Shown here: one piece after another, positions 15,045-23,647 of the stretch
Numbering within the stretch: position 1 is the first letter of the stretch
Layout of the letters: each line of letters begins with the position of its first letter
From: a virus
Taxonomy: Duplodnaviria > Caudoviricetes
DNA: 24,382 bases
IMG/VR virus record: IMGVR_UViG_3300017766_003270
Span: 1 to 24,382 of that record
Strand: one strand, 5' to 3'
Notes under the pieces: model-generated
Told to the model about the DNA's origin: nothing
The model's database searches: none
What the model saw: the letters and a program-made list of their open reading frames with translations, nothing else
Translations under genes and position numbers: made by a program

Positions 15045-15640
15045 TGTCAGTTTGGCGGCTGGCGATTGACATTACCCCGTGAAACCCGCAATGTTGCGGT
15101 GTCTTGAAACGTTTAAGCGTACCTTACGGGGTAATGTCATATCGCTTAAGCCGTCTCACGCCAGAGGCCAAGACACCACAGCGTTGTGGGTTTTTCCTTT
15201 TTGACGGTTATTTGACTGACCGTACTCCACACGATAGTAAGAGCCGCAATTGGGGCTGCGTGGAAGAAAACCGAGACACGGTATGCAAACGTGTGATTGA
15301 TGATGGTGAATACGTAGGCTGATACGTTGTAGATCAGGAGTGGATACGGAGTTGGATAAACCACCGCGCCACATAAGGAGTGCCTGAGAAAGTGAGTATA
15401 GCTCTGCTTCAGAGGCGTATAAATGGCGACAAAGCTGGAGATCAGTACCAGCCACCATCATCAATCACACTGGCTAGGGGGCAGTTCCCGAACAATCCGT
15501 GCAGCTGGGCGAATATTCAAGCTGGGGGTGAACGGTAACCAATCCGTTGCATGAATATCCGATTTATCGGGGTGATGGCCTTAACTCTTCTCTACCAAAT
15601 AGTTATAACACTACGGGGTAGGGGGGGGCTTTGGGTGATG
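15045..15640 (+). ncRNA. Candidate large structured non-coding RNA
   Basis: No credible ORF in about 660 bp; many long helices whose deviations are G-U wobbles on the + strand. Confidence 0.65.
15291..15470 (+). ncRNA. tRNA-like domain closed by a perfect 18-bp helix (possibly manA-type motif)
   Basis: GTGTGATTGATGATGGTG pairs with CACCATCATCAATCACAC; internal CGTA-GGCTGA-TACG and GCTGG-AGATCAGTA-CCAGC hairpins with complementary loops. Confidence 0.6.
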
Positions 15641-15691
15641 AATACTACAACACACTGATTGTGCACAAAGCGACAATTCCATTTGCCGCAT

Positions 15692-16183
15692 TTAGAGCAA
15701 CCCAGCCCAAGGATTACAAGCCCGATATTTCCACCTAGAACCCGAGCGAATTTGATAAATAGATCGCTCCGACACGTTAAAACGTTCAGCAAGGGCTGAC
15801 ACCTTATCCGGTGATGTCAATATGTCATCAACATCAGATTGAGTCAGCTTGGAGAGTTTGCGCATGGTTAACGATATGGCAACCTTTTGAAGTTCGCTTT
15901 TTTTCTGTTTGCCAAGCGAACCACTGAAACGCCCAAGTTCTGACACCGTGCATATGCCAAGATGAGCAGGTCGGACACATTGGATATTGCCGCATGTGCG
16001 ATAAATGAGCATGCCAGCCGGTATTGACCCGTTTTTCTTTTCCCACAAAAGCCTACAAACTGAAGTCAGTTTGCCTTTATTGAAAATAGAGGGGATGGTA
16101 CCGCTAGCGCACATGGTTCCAGTCCATAGCAGGCAGTCACCCTCTTCAATAGTACGAGCCGCTATTTTGTCAAATACATTCAT
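15692..16183 (-). CDS. HNH-fold protein with degenerate active site and C-terminal HTH
   Basis: CLLWTG...TCGNxxCVxPxHL zinc loop; C-terminal LAERFNVSERSIYQIRSGxxW. Confidence 0.8.
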   Translation of the reverse strand: MNVFDKIAARTIEEGDCLLWTGTMCASGTIPSIFNKGKLTSVCRLLWEKKNGSIPAGMLIYRTCGNIQCVRPAHLGICTVSELGRFSGSLGKQKKSELQKVAISLTMRKLSKLTQSDVDDILTSPDKVSALAERFNVSERSIYQIRSGSRWKYRACNPWAGLL

Positions 16184-16266
16184 GGCAAAATTTTAACGAT
16201 ATAAAACAAACATTTACACGATAAAAACCCTATTAAATAAATTTGTGAACGTGCTACAATTGAGTT

Positions 16267-16677
16267 ATGGAGCCAAAAGCATTAAAACTAACGGACAAAA
16301 AAGAAAAGTTTGCACAATGCATTGCGGACGGTATGACCCAGGCCGATGCATACCGAACAGCTTACAATCCAAGACCAGATACAAAGCCGGCAAGTATTTG
16401 GGACAGCGCCAGCAAAGTAATGGCACGCCCAGAGGTCGCCCAGAGGGTAGCCGAACTAAGACAGAAGCTAGAATCAAAGGCGCTTTGGACGCGCGAAGAA
16501 AGCGTACAAGCGCTGAAAGAGGCCTACGCAGTAGCACAGGAGCGGCAGCAATCCACAGGCATGACAGCGGCCGTTAAAGAGCTTAACGCAATGCACGGTT
16601 TTAATGCGCCTACCCAAGTAGAGCTATCGGGCGGGTTGCAAATTCAGAAAATTGAACGGGTGATTGTCAAGCCGTGA
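16267..16677 (+). CDS. terS: Terminase small subunit
   Basis: LTxKxEKFAQ...TQADAYRxAY and AVKELNAMHG motifs; directly upstream of the large subunit. Confidence 0.85.
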   Translation: MEPKALKLTDKKEKFAQCIADGMTQADAYRTAYNPRPDTKPASIWDSASKVMARPEVAQRVAELRQKLESKALWTREESVQALKEAYAVAQERQQSTGMTAAVKELNAMHGFNAPTQVELSGGLQIQKIERVIVKP

Positions 16678-18029
16678 CCGTGCTCCAGATTCAAACCCCC
16701 GCATGGGCTTTGCCATTGCTGGAGCCATGCCGATATAAAGGCGCTTACGGCGGACGAGGCGGCGGGAAATCCCAATTTATGGCCGAGATGGTGATTGAAG
16801 CCCACATCATTGACCCAGACCGGCGCACAGTCTGCGTTCGTGAGATTCAGAAGTCATTAGGCCAATCTGTTAAACGCTTGATTGAGGATAAGATCAGCGC
16901 ATTAAACGCCGGCGATTACTTTGAAGTGTTGGACACCCAGATCAGGAGCCGACGCGGCACAGGGCTGATAATATTTCAGGGCATGCAAAATCACACAGCC
17001 GACAGTATTAAATCACTGGAGGGCTATGATTGCGCATGGGTGGAGGAAGCGCAGACATTAAGCCAGTACAGTTTGGATTTACTGCGCCCAACAATTCGAA
17101 AGCCCAACTCAGAGCTTTGGTTTACATGGAATCCCCGATTTAAAACCGATGCTGTGGATAAGTTTTTCAGGGGCGAACAGCGCACAGACATGATTTGCGT
17201 CAATGTCAACTGGAACGACAACCCATGGTTTGATCAAACCCCCCTACGGGCGGACATGGAAGCCGATTACAAAGCAGACGAGGACAGAGCCGAGCACGTT
17301 TGGGGCGGCCACTATGGTGCATCAGTCGGGGCAATTCTTGCCAAGTGGGTTAATCGTGCCGAGCGAGAGGGCAGAATTCACGACGATGTGAAATATGACG
17401 CACACGGCGACACAATGGGCGTGAGTGCCGACCTTGGCTTTAGGGATACCGCTTCATTCTGGTATTGGCAGGCAGTGCCTGGCGGGTTTCATTTACTGAA
17501 ATACGACGCAGACACCGGACTGGATGCAGAGGAATGGATACCCCGAATTCAAGACAATATAAGAGAGCTGGGAGCCAAAAAGGCGAAGATATGGCTACCG
17601 CACGACGCTAGAGCTAAGACATTTCAAAGCCGCCACACGACCCTAGAGAAGTTCTTGAGTGCGTTTGGCGCAGGCAGTTGCGAGATAGTCCCCCAGAGCA
17701 AGAAGCAAGACCAGATTGAGGCGGCCAGAACTGTGATCAATCGATGCGCATTTAACCGGCAGTTATGCGGGGCAGGGCTAGACGGGTTACGCGCGTGGGA
17801 ATTTAGCTATAACGAAGAAACAGGGGTAATGAGTCGTGAGCCGGTACACAATTGGGCAAGCCACCCCGCCGACAGTTTTTGCTACGGAGCGCAGAAAATA
17901 GCGGAAAAACCCCCAGAATCTGCAAAAAAGATGGATATTTTCCCCGTTTCGTTGCAAAATGGGCGAATTATTACCGCACCGCTTGAAGAGTTATGGAAAC
18001 AAACCCCCCGTATTTCGAACAGGATATGA
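16674..18029 (+). CDS. terL: Terminase large subunit (PBSX family)
   Basis: Walker A YGGRGGGKS, VREIQKS, Walker B WVEEA, TWNP, nuclease DLGFRD and SHPADSF. Confidence 0.95.
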   Translation: MTVLQIQTPAWALPLLEPCRYKGAYGGRGGGKSQFMAEMVIEAHIIDPDRRTVCVREIQKSLGQSVKRLIEDKISALNAGDYFEVLDTQIRSRRGTGLIIFQGMQNHTADSIKSLEGYDCAWVEEAQTLSQYSLDLLRPTIRKPNSELWFTWNPRFKTDAVDKFFRGEQRTDMICVNVNWNDNPWFDQTPLRADMEADYKADEDRAEHVWGGHYGASVGAILAKWVNRAEREGRIHDDVKYDAHGDTMGVSADLGFRDTASFWYWQAVPGGFHLLKYDADTGLDAEEWIPRIQDNIRELGAKKAKIWLPHDARAKTFQSRHTTLEKFLSAFGAGSCEIVPQSKKQDQIEAARTVINRCAFNRQLCGAGLDGLRAWEFSYNEETGVMSREPVHNWASHPADSFCYGAQKIAEKPPESAKKMDIFPVSLQNGRIITAPLEELWKQTPRISNRI

Positions 18030-20278
18030 AGCCGAGAAAAACGGCGCAGCAGCTGCATCAGGAATTGTCTAACGCCAAAAAGGCAGATGATAAATGGGTG
18101 AAGGCTAGCAAAAAGATCGTCAAGCGATACAGGGACGACCGCAGCAGCAGCTACGACGGGAACAAGAGATATAACATTTTGTGGAGTAATATTCAAACGC
18201 TCTACCCTGCTCTTTACGCAAAGACACCACGGGCAATAGTGGAGCGGCGTTGGAAAGATAAAGACCCAGTGGCACGGACGGCAGCGACGATTATGGAACG
18301 GGCGCTTCAATACGAGATCGACAATTACGGCGATTTTGAGAATGCGACACGGGCTGCGACATTAGACCGGTTATTATGCGGGCGGGGTACGGTGTGGGTG
18401 CGGTTTGAAGCCAAGGAGATAGAGACCGTTGGCGCAAACGATGATCAATATGAGCAACAAGAAGTTATCCACAATTTACCCACAGGCATAACCCCCCAAT
18501 TTGGCGAGATGCAGACGGAAACCACTCCAGTAGATTACGTGTATTGGGAGGATTTCAGATGCTCCCCCGCACGATGCTGGGATGAAGTGAGCTGGGTGGC
18601 AAAGCGTGAATACATGGCTAGATCAGAGCTAGAAAAACGCTTTGGCGAGGACATTACAAAGCGCATACCCATGACGCATGAACCAATCGGGCTGGACGAG
18701 ATGCGCAGCCAGGGCATGAATCAATCTGAGATTGACCGCATGAAGAAAGCGCAAGTGTGGGAGATCTGGGACAAGGCCGAGGAGTGCGTTTACTGGGTGG
18801 CCGAAGGGTGTGATGAGATACTTGACCATAAACCAGACCCTTACGGGCTGGATGGTTTCTGGCCGTGCCCAAAGCCTTTGTTTGCCACGATGACCACGGA
18901 TACGCTAGTACCCGTGCCGGATTACAAGTTATATCAAGACCAAGCCGACCAGATTGACGATCTAACCAAGCGCATCGGGTTGTTGGTGGATGCGATCAAG
19001 ATCGTGGGCGTGTATGACGCATCAGCAGCGGGCGTTCAACGGATGCTGAACGAGGGCGTGGATAACGTTCTGATACCCGTGGACACATGGGCGGCATTCT
19101 CGGAAAAAGGCGGATTACAAGGCACAGTCCAATTCTTGCCGCTTGACATCGTGGTTAAAGCGTTGCAGGCATGTTATGACAGCTTAGAGCGAGCCAAGCA
19201 GGTGGTTTATGACGTGACAGGCCTGAGCGATATTATCAGAGGCTCAAGCATGGCCAGCGAGACCGCTACGGCTCAACAGATCAAAGGCCAGTATGCCTCC
19301 ATGAGGCTGAAGGCATTACAACACAGCGTGGCGTTGTTTGTTACCGAAACATTGCGTATCAAGGCGCAGTTGATGATGGATTTGTACAGCCCACAAACCC
19401 TTATTAACATGAGCGGGATACAGGGCACTGACGATGCACAATACGCGCAGGCAGCATTAGAGGTAATCAAGGCAGAACCAGCTAGAAATTACCGGATTGA
19501 CATCGAGGCGGAGAGTTTGGCCGAGATGAATGAATTGGCAGAAAAACAAAGCCGGATTGAGTTTCTGAGTGCGTTTGGCCAGGCAATGCAAAACAGTTTG
19601 CCAATTATGCAGCAATCACCGGAGTTAGCGCCATTAGTAGGCGAAGCGTTGATGTTCGTAGTGAGGACATTTAAGAGCGGGCGGACATTAGAAGCGGCAC
19701 TGGAAAACACGTTAGAGCAGATGCGCCAGCCCAAACCCGAGCAGCCAAACCCCGAGATGATGAAGGCACAAGCGCAGCAACAGGCCGATCAAATGCGATT
19801 GCAGCATGAGCAGGGTATTGAGCAAGCGCGCCAGCAATTGGAATCAGCCAAACTTCAGGCGCAACAGCAGGTAGAGCAGATAAAGCTACAAGCACAAGCG
19901 CAGATTGAGCAATTTAAAGCCGAGAACGCCAAAGAGATCGAGCTAATGAAACAACAAGCCGAGACAGAGAGGCAGGCATATAAAGCCCAACTAGACGCGC
20001 AAACCCGATTACAGATAGCCGAAATGCAAACTCAGGCGCAGCAGAAACCAGCCGCAGTTCTTCAAATTGACGCACAAGACAAACTCAACGGAATTGCAGA
20101 CATCATCAGCCAAGCAGGCGCAGCGCACGGCGCAGGCATAGCCGAGGCAGTTAACCAATTAGGGACAGTAGCGCAGGTATTACTAGGCACGGCGGAAGAA
20201 ATGAAAAAGCCTAAAAAACGGGTAATACAGCGAGATCAAAACGGCAAAGCCATTGCAGCTATTGAGGTGAGTGAATGA
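18026..20278 (+). CDS. Portal protein (P22-like, long Gln-rich C-terminal coiled coil)
   Basis: Follows terL with ATGA overlap at 18026; NILWSN, GRGTVWVRF, VWEIWDK, FWPCPKP and ETATAQQIK motifs. Confidence 0.88.
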   Translation: MKPRKTAQQLHQELSNAKKADDKWVKASKKIVKRYRDDRSSSYDGNKRYNILWSNIQTLYPALYAKTPRAIVERRWKDKDPVARTAATIMERALQYEIDNYGDFENATRAATLDRLLCGRGTVWVRFEAKEIETVGANDDQYEQQEVIHNLPTGITPQFGEMQTETTPVDYVYWEDFRCSPARCWDEVSWVAKREYMARSELEKRFGEDITKRIPMTHEPIGLDEMRSQGMNQSEIDRMKKAQVWEIWDKAEECVYWVAEGCDEILDHKPDPYGLDGFWPCPKPLFATMTTDTLVPVPDYKLYQDQADQIDDLTKRIGLLVDAIKIVGVYDASAAGVQRMLNEGVDNVLIPVDTWAAFSEKGGLQGTVQFLPLDIVVKALQACYDSLERAKQVVYDVTGLSDIIRGSSMASETATAQQIKGQYASMRLKALQHSVALFVTETLRIKAQLMMDLYSPQTLINMSGIQGTDDAQYAQAALEVIKAEPARNYRIDIEAESLAEMNELAEKQSRIEFLSAFGQAMQNSLPIMQQSPELAPLVGEALMFVVRTFKSGRTLEAALENTLEQMRQPKPEQPNPEMMKAQAQQQADQMRLQHEQGIEQARQQLESAKLQAQQQVEQIKLQAQAQIEQFKAENAKEIELMKQQAETERQAYKAQLDAQTRLQIAEMQTQAQQKPAAVLQIDAQDKLNGIADIISQAGAAHGAGIAEAVNQLGTVAQVLLGTAEEMKKPKKRVIQRDQNGKAIAAIEVSE

Positions 20279-20505
20279 CTAACGCAGACCTTGCAAGACA
20301 TGAAGAACGATTTATACACATGGAAAACCGCATCACCCACATGGATAAAAAAGTGGAAGCAGTAGCCGCCGAAGTACATGAAATAAAAATCCTTTTAGCG
20401 GAAGGCCGAGGCAAAATGAAAGGCGCATTGATGATGATAAGTGCCGGCAGTGCGGCCATTGGTGCATTTAGTGGATTGGTTGCGTACTTTATAAAATTGG
20501 GTTGA
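20275..20505 (+). CDS. Small coiled-coil protein with C-terminal TM helix
   Basis: LARHEERF...EGRGKMKG then hydrophobic tail; ATGA overlap. Confidence 0.7.
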   Translation: MTNADLARHEERFIHMENRITHMDKKVEAVAAEVHEIKILLAEGRGKMKGALMMISAGSAAIGAFSGLVAYFIKLG

Positions 20506-20507
20506 TC

Positions 20508-22355
20508 ATGGCTTTTATAACCAAATTAAAAATTTTATATGCCGACATAATAGCGGCATTGGGTTTTACTCCAGAAAACGCAGCCAATAAAGGAGCTGCC
20601 AACGGCTATGCGCCCCTGGACGGTAATGAAAAATTACCAATATCCAATTTGCCCAACACTACGGTAGCCGCAGGTGTATACGGTAATGCTACTCAAGCAC
20701 CACAATACACAGTTGACGCACAGGGACGGCTAACATCTTCTACCAATGTCACAATTACTCCTGCTTTTTCAAACGTAACGGACAAACCTACAACATTATC
20801 TGGATACGGAATAATTGATGCACAACCATTAGATTCAGACCTTACAGCAATTGCAGCATTGTCACCATTAGCAGATAATTTTATTGTTGGTAATGGCACA
20901 GCATGGATACAAGAAACGCGAGAGCAGGCAAGGACATCGCTTGGTTTAGGAACAATTGCAACGCAAAACGCTAGCACCGTAGCGATTACAGGTGGCTCAA
21001 TTGCAGGCATCATTGATTTGGCAATTGCTGACGGCGGCACAGGCGCATCAACGCAACAGGCAGCAATTAACGCACTTGCAGGCGCAACAACCGCAGGGCA
21101 ATATTTAAGAGGAACTGGAACAAACGTAACAATGTCGGCTATTCAAGCGGCGGATGTTCCGACGCTTAATCAAAGCACCACGGGCAATGCAGCTACAGCA
21201 ACGGCACTGCAAACGGCTAGAACGATTAATGGGGTTACTTTTGATGGAACTCAAAATATAACTGTTGCAGACTCAACAAAACTACCGCTGACTGGCGGAA
21301 CCGTTAGTGGAAATTTGGTACTCACAGGCAGCTTCTCGACTGGTGATTTTTTAGGCGGAACCACGGCACAGTTTGGTGCCGGAAAAGTGCGAATTGGTGG
21401 AGGCCTTGACAATGGTGCAAATACTGTTCTTTCATTAGCCCCTGGTGTTGTACAGTTTGATGCGCCAGGCGTAGTGGGTGGTAGGCTCATTATTAATTCA
21501 AGTGGCAATGTTCTAATTGGAAATCCTGCTGACACTTCTTCAAAATTAAGTGTTAACGGCTCAGGTAATTTTGCAGGTGGAATATCCGCAGAAGAATTTT
21601 TAAAAACTGGCGGCACATCAAATGAGTTTTTGAAAGCTAACGGAACTACTGACGTAATACCTTATTTTAACCCACGGCTTGGATTTACTCATTACACGGA
21701 TTTTTTAAGGTGGTCGGCTGGGGGAGATGGTTTCTTTGTGCAAACGGTTACTGGAACAGGTGCGACAACTGGAAATATGGCGGCATATACAGACAAAAAC
21801 GTTGGAGTTCTTCGTCTAGGAACTGGAACAACAGCAACAGGTAGGGCGGCAATAGCAACCCAACTTGATATATTAGCTCTTGGTGGCGGTTCAGTGACAT
21901 GTGTATCTGGTGTTTCAACTTTTATAGATTCTGACGCAACTAACACATACGTAAATACAATAGGATTGTTCGATAACATTCTAGGTGTTAATCAGTCAGA
22001 CGGAGTTTATTTTTTATATGATACAAGCGGCGCATCAACAGGGTCGGCGGCTTCAAATAACTGGCAGTGCGTTACCTGCTCAAATAGTGTACGAACATTC
22101 ACAACCACAACAATAACGGCAATAGGCAGTTCAACTATTTTTTATAACCTGCGAATTGAGATCAATTCAAATGCAACGCTTGTGCAATTTTATATTGATG
22201 ATGCTTTGGTGGCTACACATACAACCAACATACCGGTAGGCATAAATCGCACCGTTGGCTTTGGTGCACATATATTAAAAACTGTTGGCATTACAAATAG
22301 AGTTTTGCATTTAGATTACATGGGTCTAACTATGAAATTTACACCGCAACGATAA
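20508..22355 (+). CDS. Fibre-like virion protein with C-terminal beta-sandwich (lectin-like) domain
   Basis: ALGFTPENAANKGAANGYAPLD, TVDAQGRLT, KPTTLSGYGI, LGLGTIATQ, TARTINGVTFDGT and LPLTGGT fibre motifs. Confidence 0.8.
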   Translation: MAFITKLKILYADIIAALGFTPENAANKGAANGYAPLDGNEKLPISNLPNTTVAAGVYGNATQAPQYTVDAQGRLTSSTNVTITPAFSNVTDKPTTLSGYGIIDAQPLDSDLTAIAALSPLADNFIVGNGTAWIQETREQARTSLGLGTIATQNASTVAITGGSIAGIIDLAIADGGTGASTQQAAINALAGATTAGQYLRGTGTNVTMSAIQAADVPTLNQSTTGNAATATALQTARTINGVTFDGTQNITVADSTKLPLTGGTVSGNLVLTGSFSTGDFLGGTTAQFGAGKVRIGGGLDNGANTVLSLAPGVVQFDAPGVVGGRLIINSSGNVLIGNPADTSSKLSVNGSGNFAGGISAEEFLKTGGTSNEFLKANGTTDVIPYFNPRLGFTHYTDFLRWSAGGDGFFVQTVTGTGATTGNMAAYTDKNVGVLRLGTGTTATGRAAIATQLDILALGGGSVTCVSGVSTFIDSDATNTYVNTIGLFDNILGVNQSDGVYFLYDTSGASTGSAASNNWQCVTCSNSVRTFTTTTITAIGSSTIFYNLRIEINSNATLVQFYIDDALVATHTTNIPVGINRTVGFGAHILKTVGITNRVLHLDYMGLTMKFTPQR

Positions 22356-22428
22356 TAGTTAATAAAGCAAATGACATATTTACAAAAACACAACATGGCA
22401 GATACGTTTACGACATACAGGATTTAAT

Positions 22429-22854
22429 ATGGCTAACGAATTGCAATTCCCTTACACACAAAACGGTTTGACTACTTTGCAGGCGTATTTGTATCAATCT
22501 GGTGCAGCTGGAGCGGGTGCGTCAAGTATTGGCCCGATTGCCATGAGCGACACGACAAGCGCAGGGGTTTACTGGGGAAGCGTACCTACATCACCTGCAC
22601 CAACAGCGGGAGTGTATTCAATTGTCGTAAAAGACGGCGCAAACGTTGTAGGTGGCGGAACATTGCAATGGGATGGAACGGCGGAAATCAAAGCTGCGGA
22701 TTTGGCATTGCAGGCAACCTCTATTGAGATCAAAGCAAAGACTGATAGCCTAACATTTACCACCGCGGGCATTGTTGATGCAAACATCCAATATGTTAAT
22801 GATGTTCAAGTCAAAGGCACAGGCCAAGAGATTAACCCGTGGAATCCGGTGTAA
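22429..22854 (+). CDS. Putative virion protein
   Basis: AGGA SD; Ig-like beta-rich N-terminus; IKAKTDSLTFTxAGxVDANIQYVN...PW C-terminus. Confidence 0.7.
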   Translation: MANELQFPYTQNGLTTLQAYLYQSGAAGAGASSIGPIAMSDTTSAGVYWGSVPTSPAPTAGVYSIVVKDGANVVGGGTLQWDGTAEIKAADLALQATSIEIKAKTDSLTFTTAGIVDANIQYVNDVQVKGTGQEINPWNPV

Positions 22855-22857
22855 GAC

Positions 22858-23226
22858 ATGGCCAGCGCATGGGGTAAATCATGGGGGTTATCATGGGGAA
22901 ATGCTTGGGGTTTAATCACCGGCGCGGATACCCACGATGGCGGCGATTATTATTATCGGTGGTGGAAAAAGCAGCACGAGAAAAAACCGCAGAAGCCTGA
23001 ATTGCCCCAACTTCAAGAAGTAATTGAAGCCGTAGAGCGCACGCCAGAAAGGGCGCTGGCTGCAGTGCCGCAGGCAAGAAAACAATTCAATATTGATTAC
23101 ACGGGGCTTAAAACAAACCTAGAGGCGCAAAGGTTTGTGGCCGAAAAGATCCTTATTTTGATGGAGCAGAAACGCCTTGAGGATGAGGAAGAAGAAGCAA
23201 TTGAAATGCTTTTATTGGCGTATTAG
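22858..23226 (+). CDS. Hypothetical protein with N-terminal WG repeats and acidic-hydrophobic C-terminus
   Basis: SAWGKSWGLSWGNAWG; EDEEEEAIEMLLL. Confidence 0.7.
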   Translation: MASAWGKSWGLSWGNAWGLITGADTHDGGDYYYRWWKKQHEKKPQKPELPQLQEVIEAVERTPERALAAVPQARKQFNIDYTGLKTNLEAQRFVAEKILILMEQKRLEDEEEEAIEMLLLAY

Positions 23227-23234
23227 GGGGAACT

Positions 23235-23621
23235 ATGGCACACGAAGCAGGGAAAGGCGACAAACAACGACCCACGGATTATGCGGCATTTTCATCAAAT
23301 TTTGATCAGGTGTTTAGCGGAAAAGTGCAGCGGGGCGGCTGGGTGCAAGACCGCATCACAGGCAAACTTGTGCCCCGTGGAGAGTACCAGCCGGATATTA
23401 CGAATGCGCCCATGGTTATGAAAGATATTGCAGGTTATAAAAGTCAGGTTACCGGCGAATGGATTGGTTCACGTTCGCAGCATCGAGAACATTTAAAAGA
23501 GCATCGATTAGTCGAAGTCGGCAACGAGATAAAGCACCACATGAGCAGCCGGCCAGATAACAAGCCGGCGGGAAATATCAAGCAAGACATAGCCAACGCC
23601 ATGCACCGTTTGGGCATTTAG
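23235..23621 (+). CDS. Conserved head-module hypothetical protein
   Basis: GKGDKQRP; DIxGYKSxVTGEWIGSRSxHREHLKxHxxxEVGNE. Confidence 0.75.
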   Translation: MAHEAGKGDKQRPTDYAAFSSNFDQVFSGKVQRGGWVQDRITGKLVPRGEYQPDITNAPMVMKDIAGYKSQVTGEWIGSRSQHREHLKEHRLVEVGNEIKHHMSSRPDNKPAGNIKQDIANAMHRLGI

Positions 23622-23647
23622 TTTTTTTAACCACCAGAGAGAACCTC

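Noticed and set aside
15104-15464. Short ORFs on both strands of the structured region
   Set aside because: No SD or coupling, no recognisable protein features; long G-U-containing helices explain the sequence better
15291-15470. Canonical tRNA gene
   Set aside because: No TTC T-loop consensus, no standard anticodon arm, and too long
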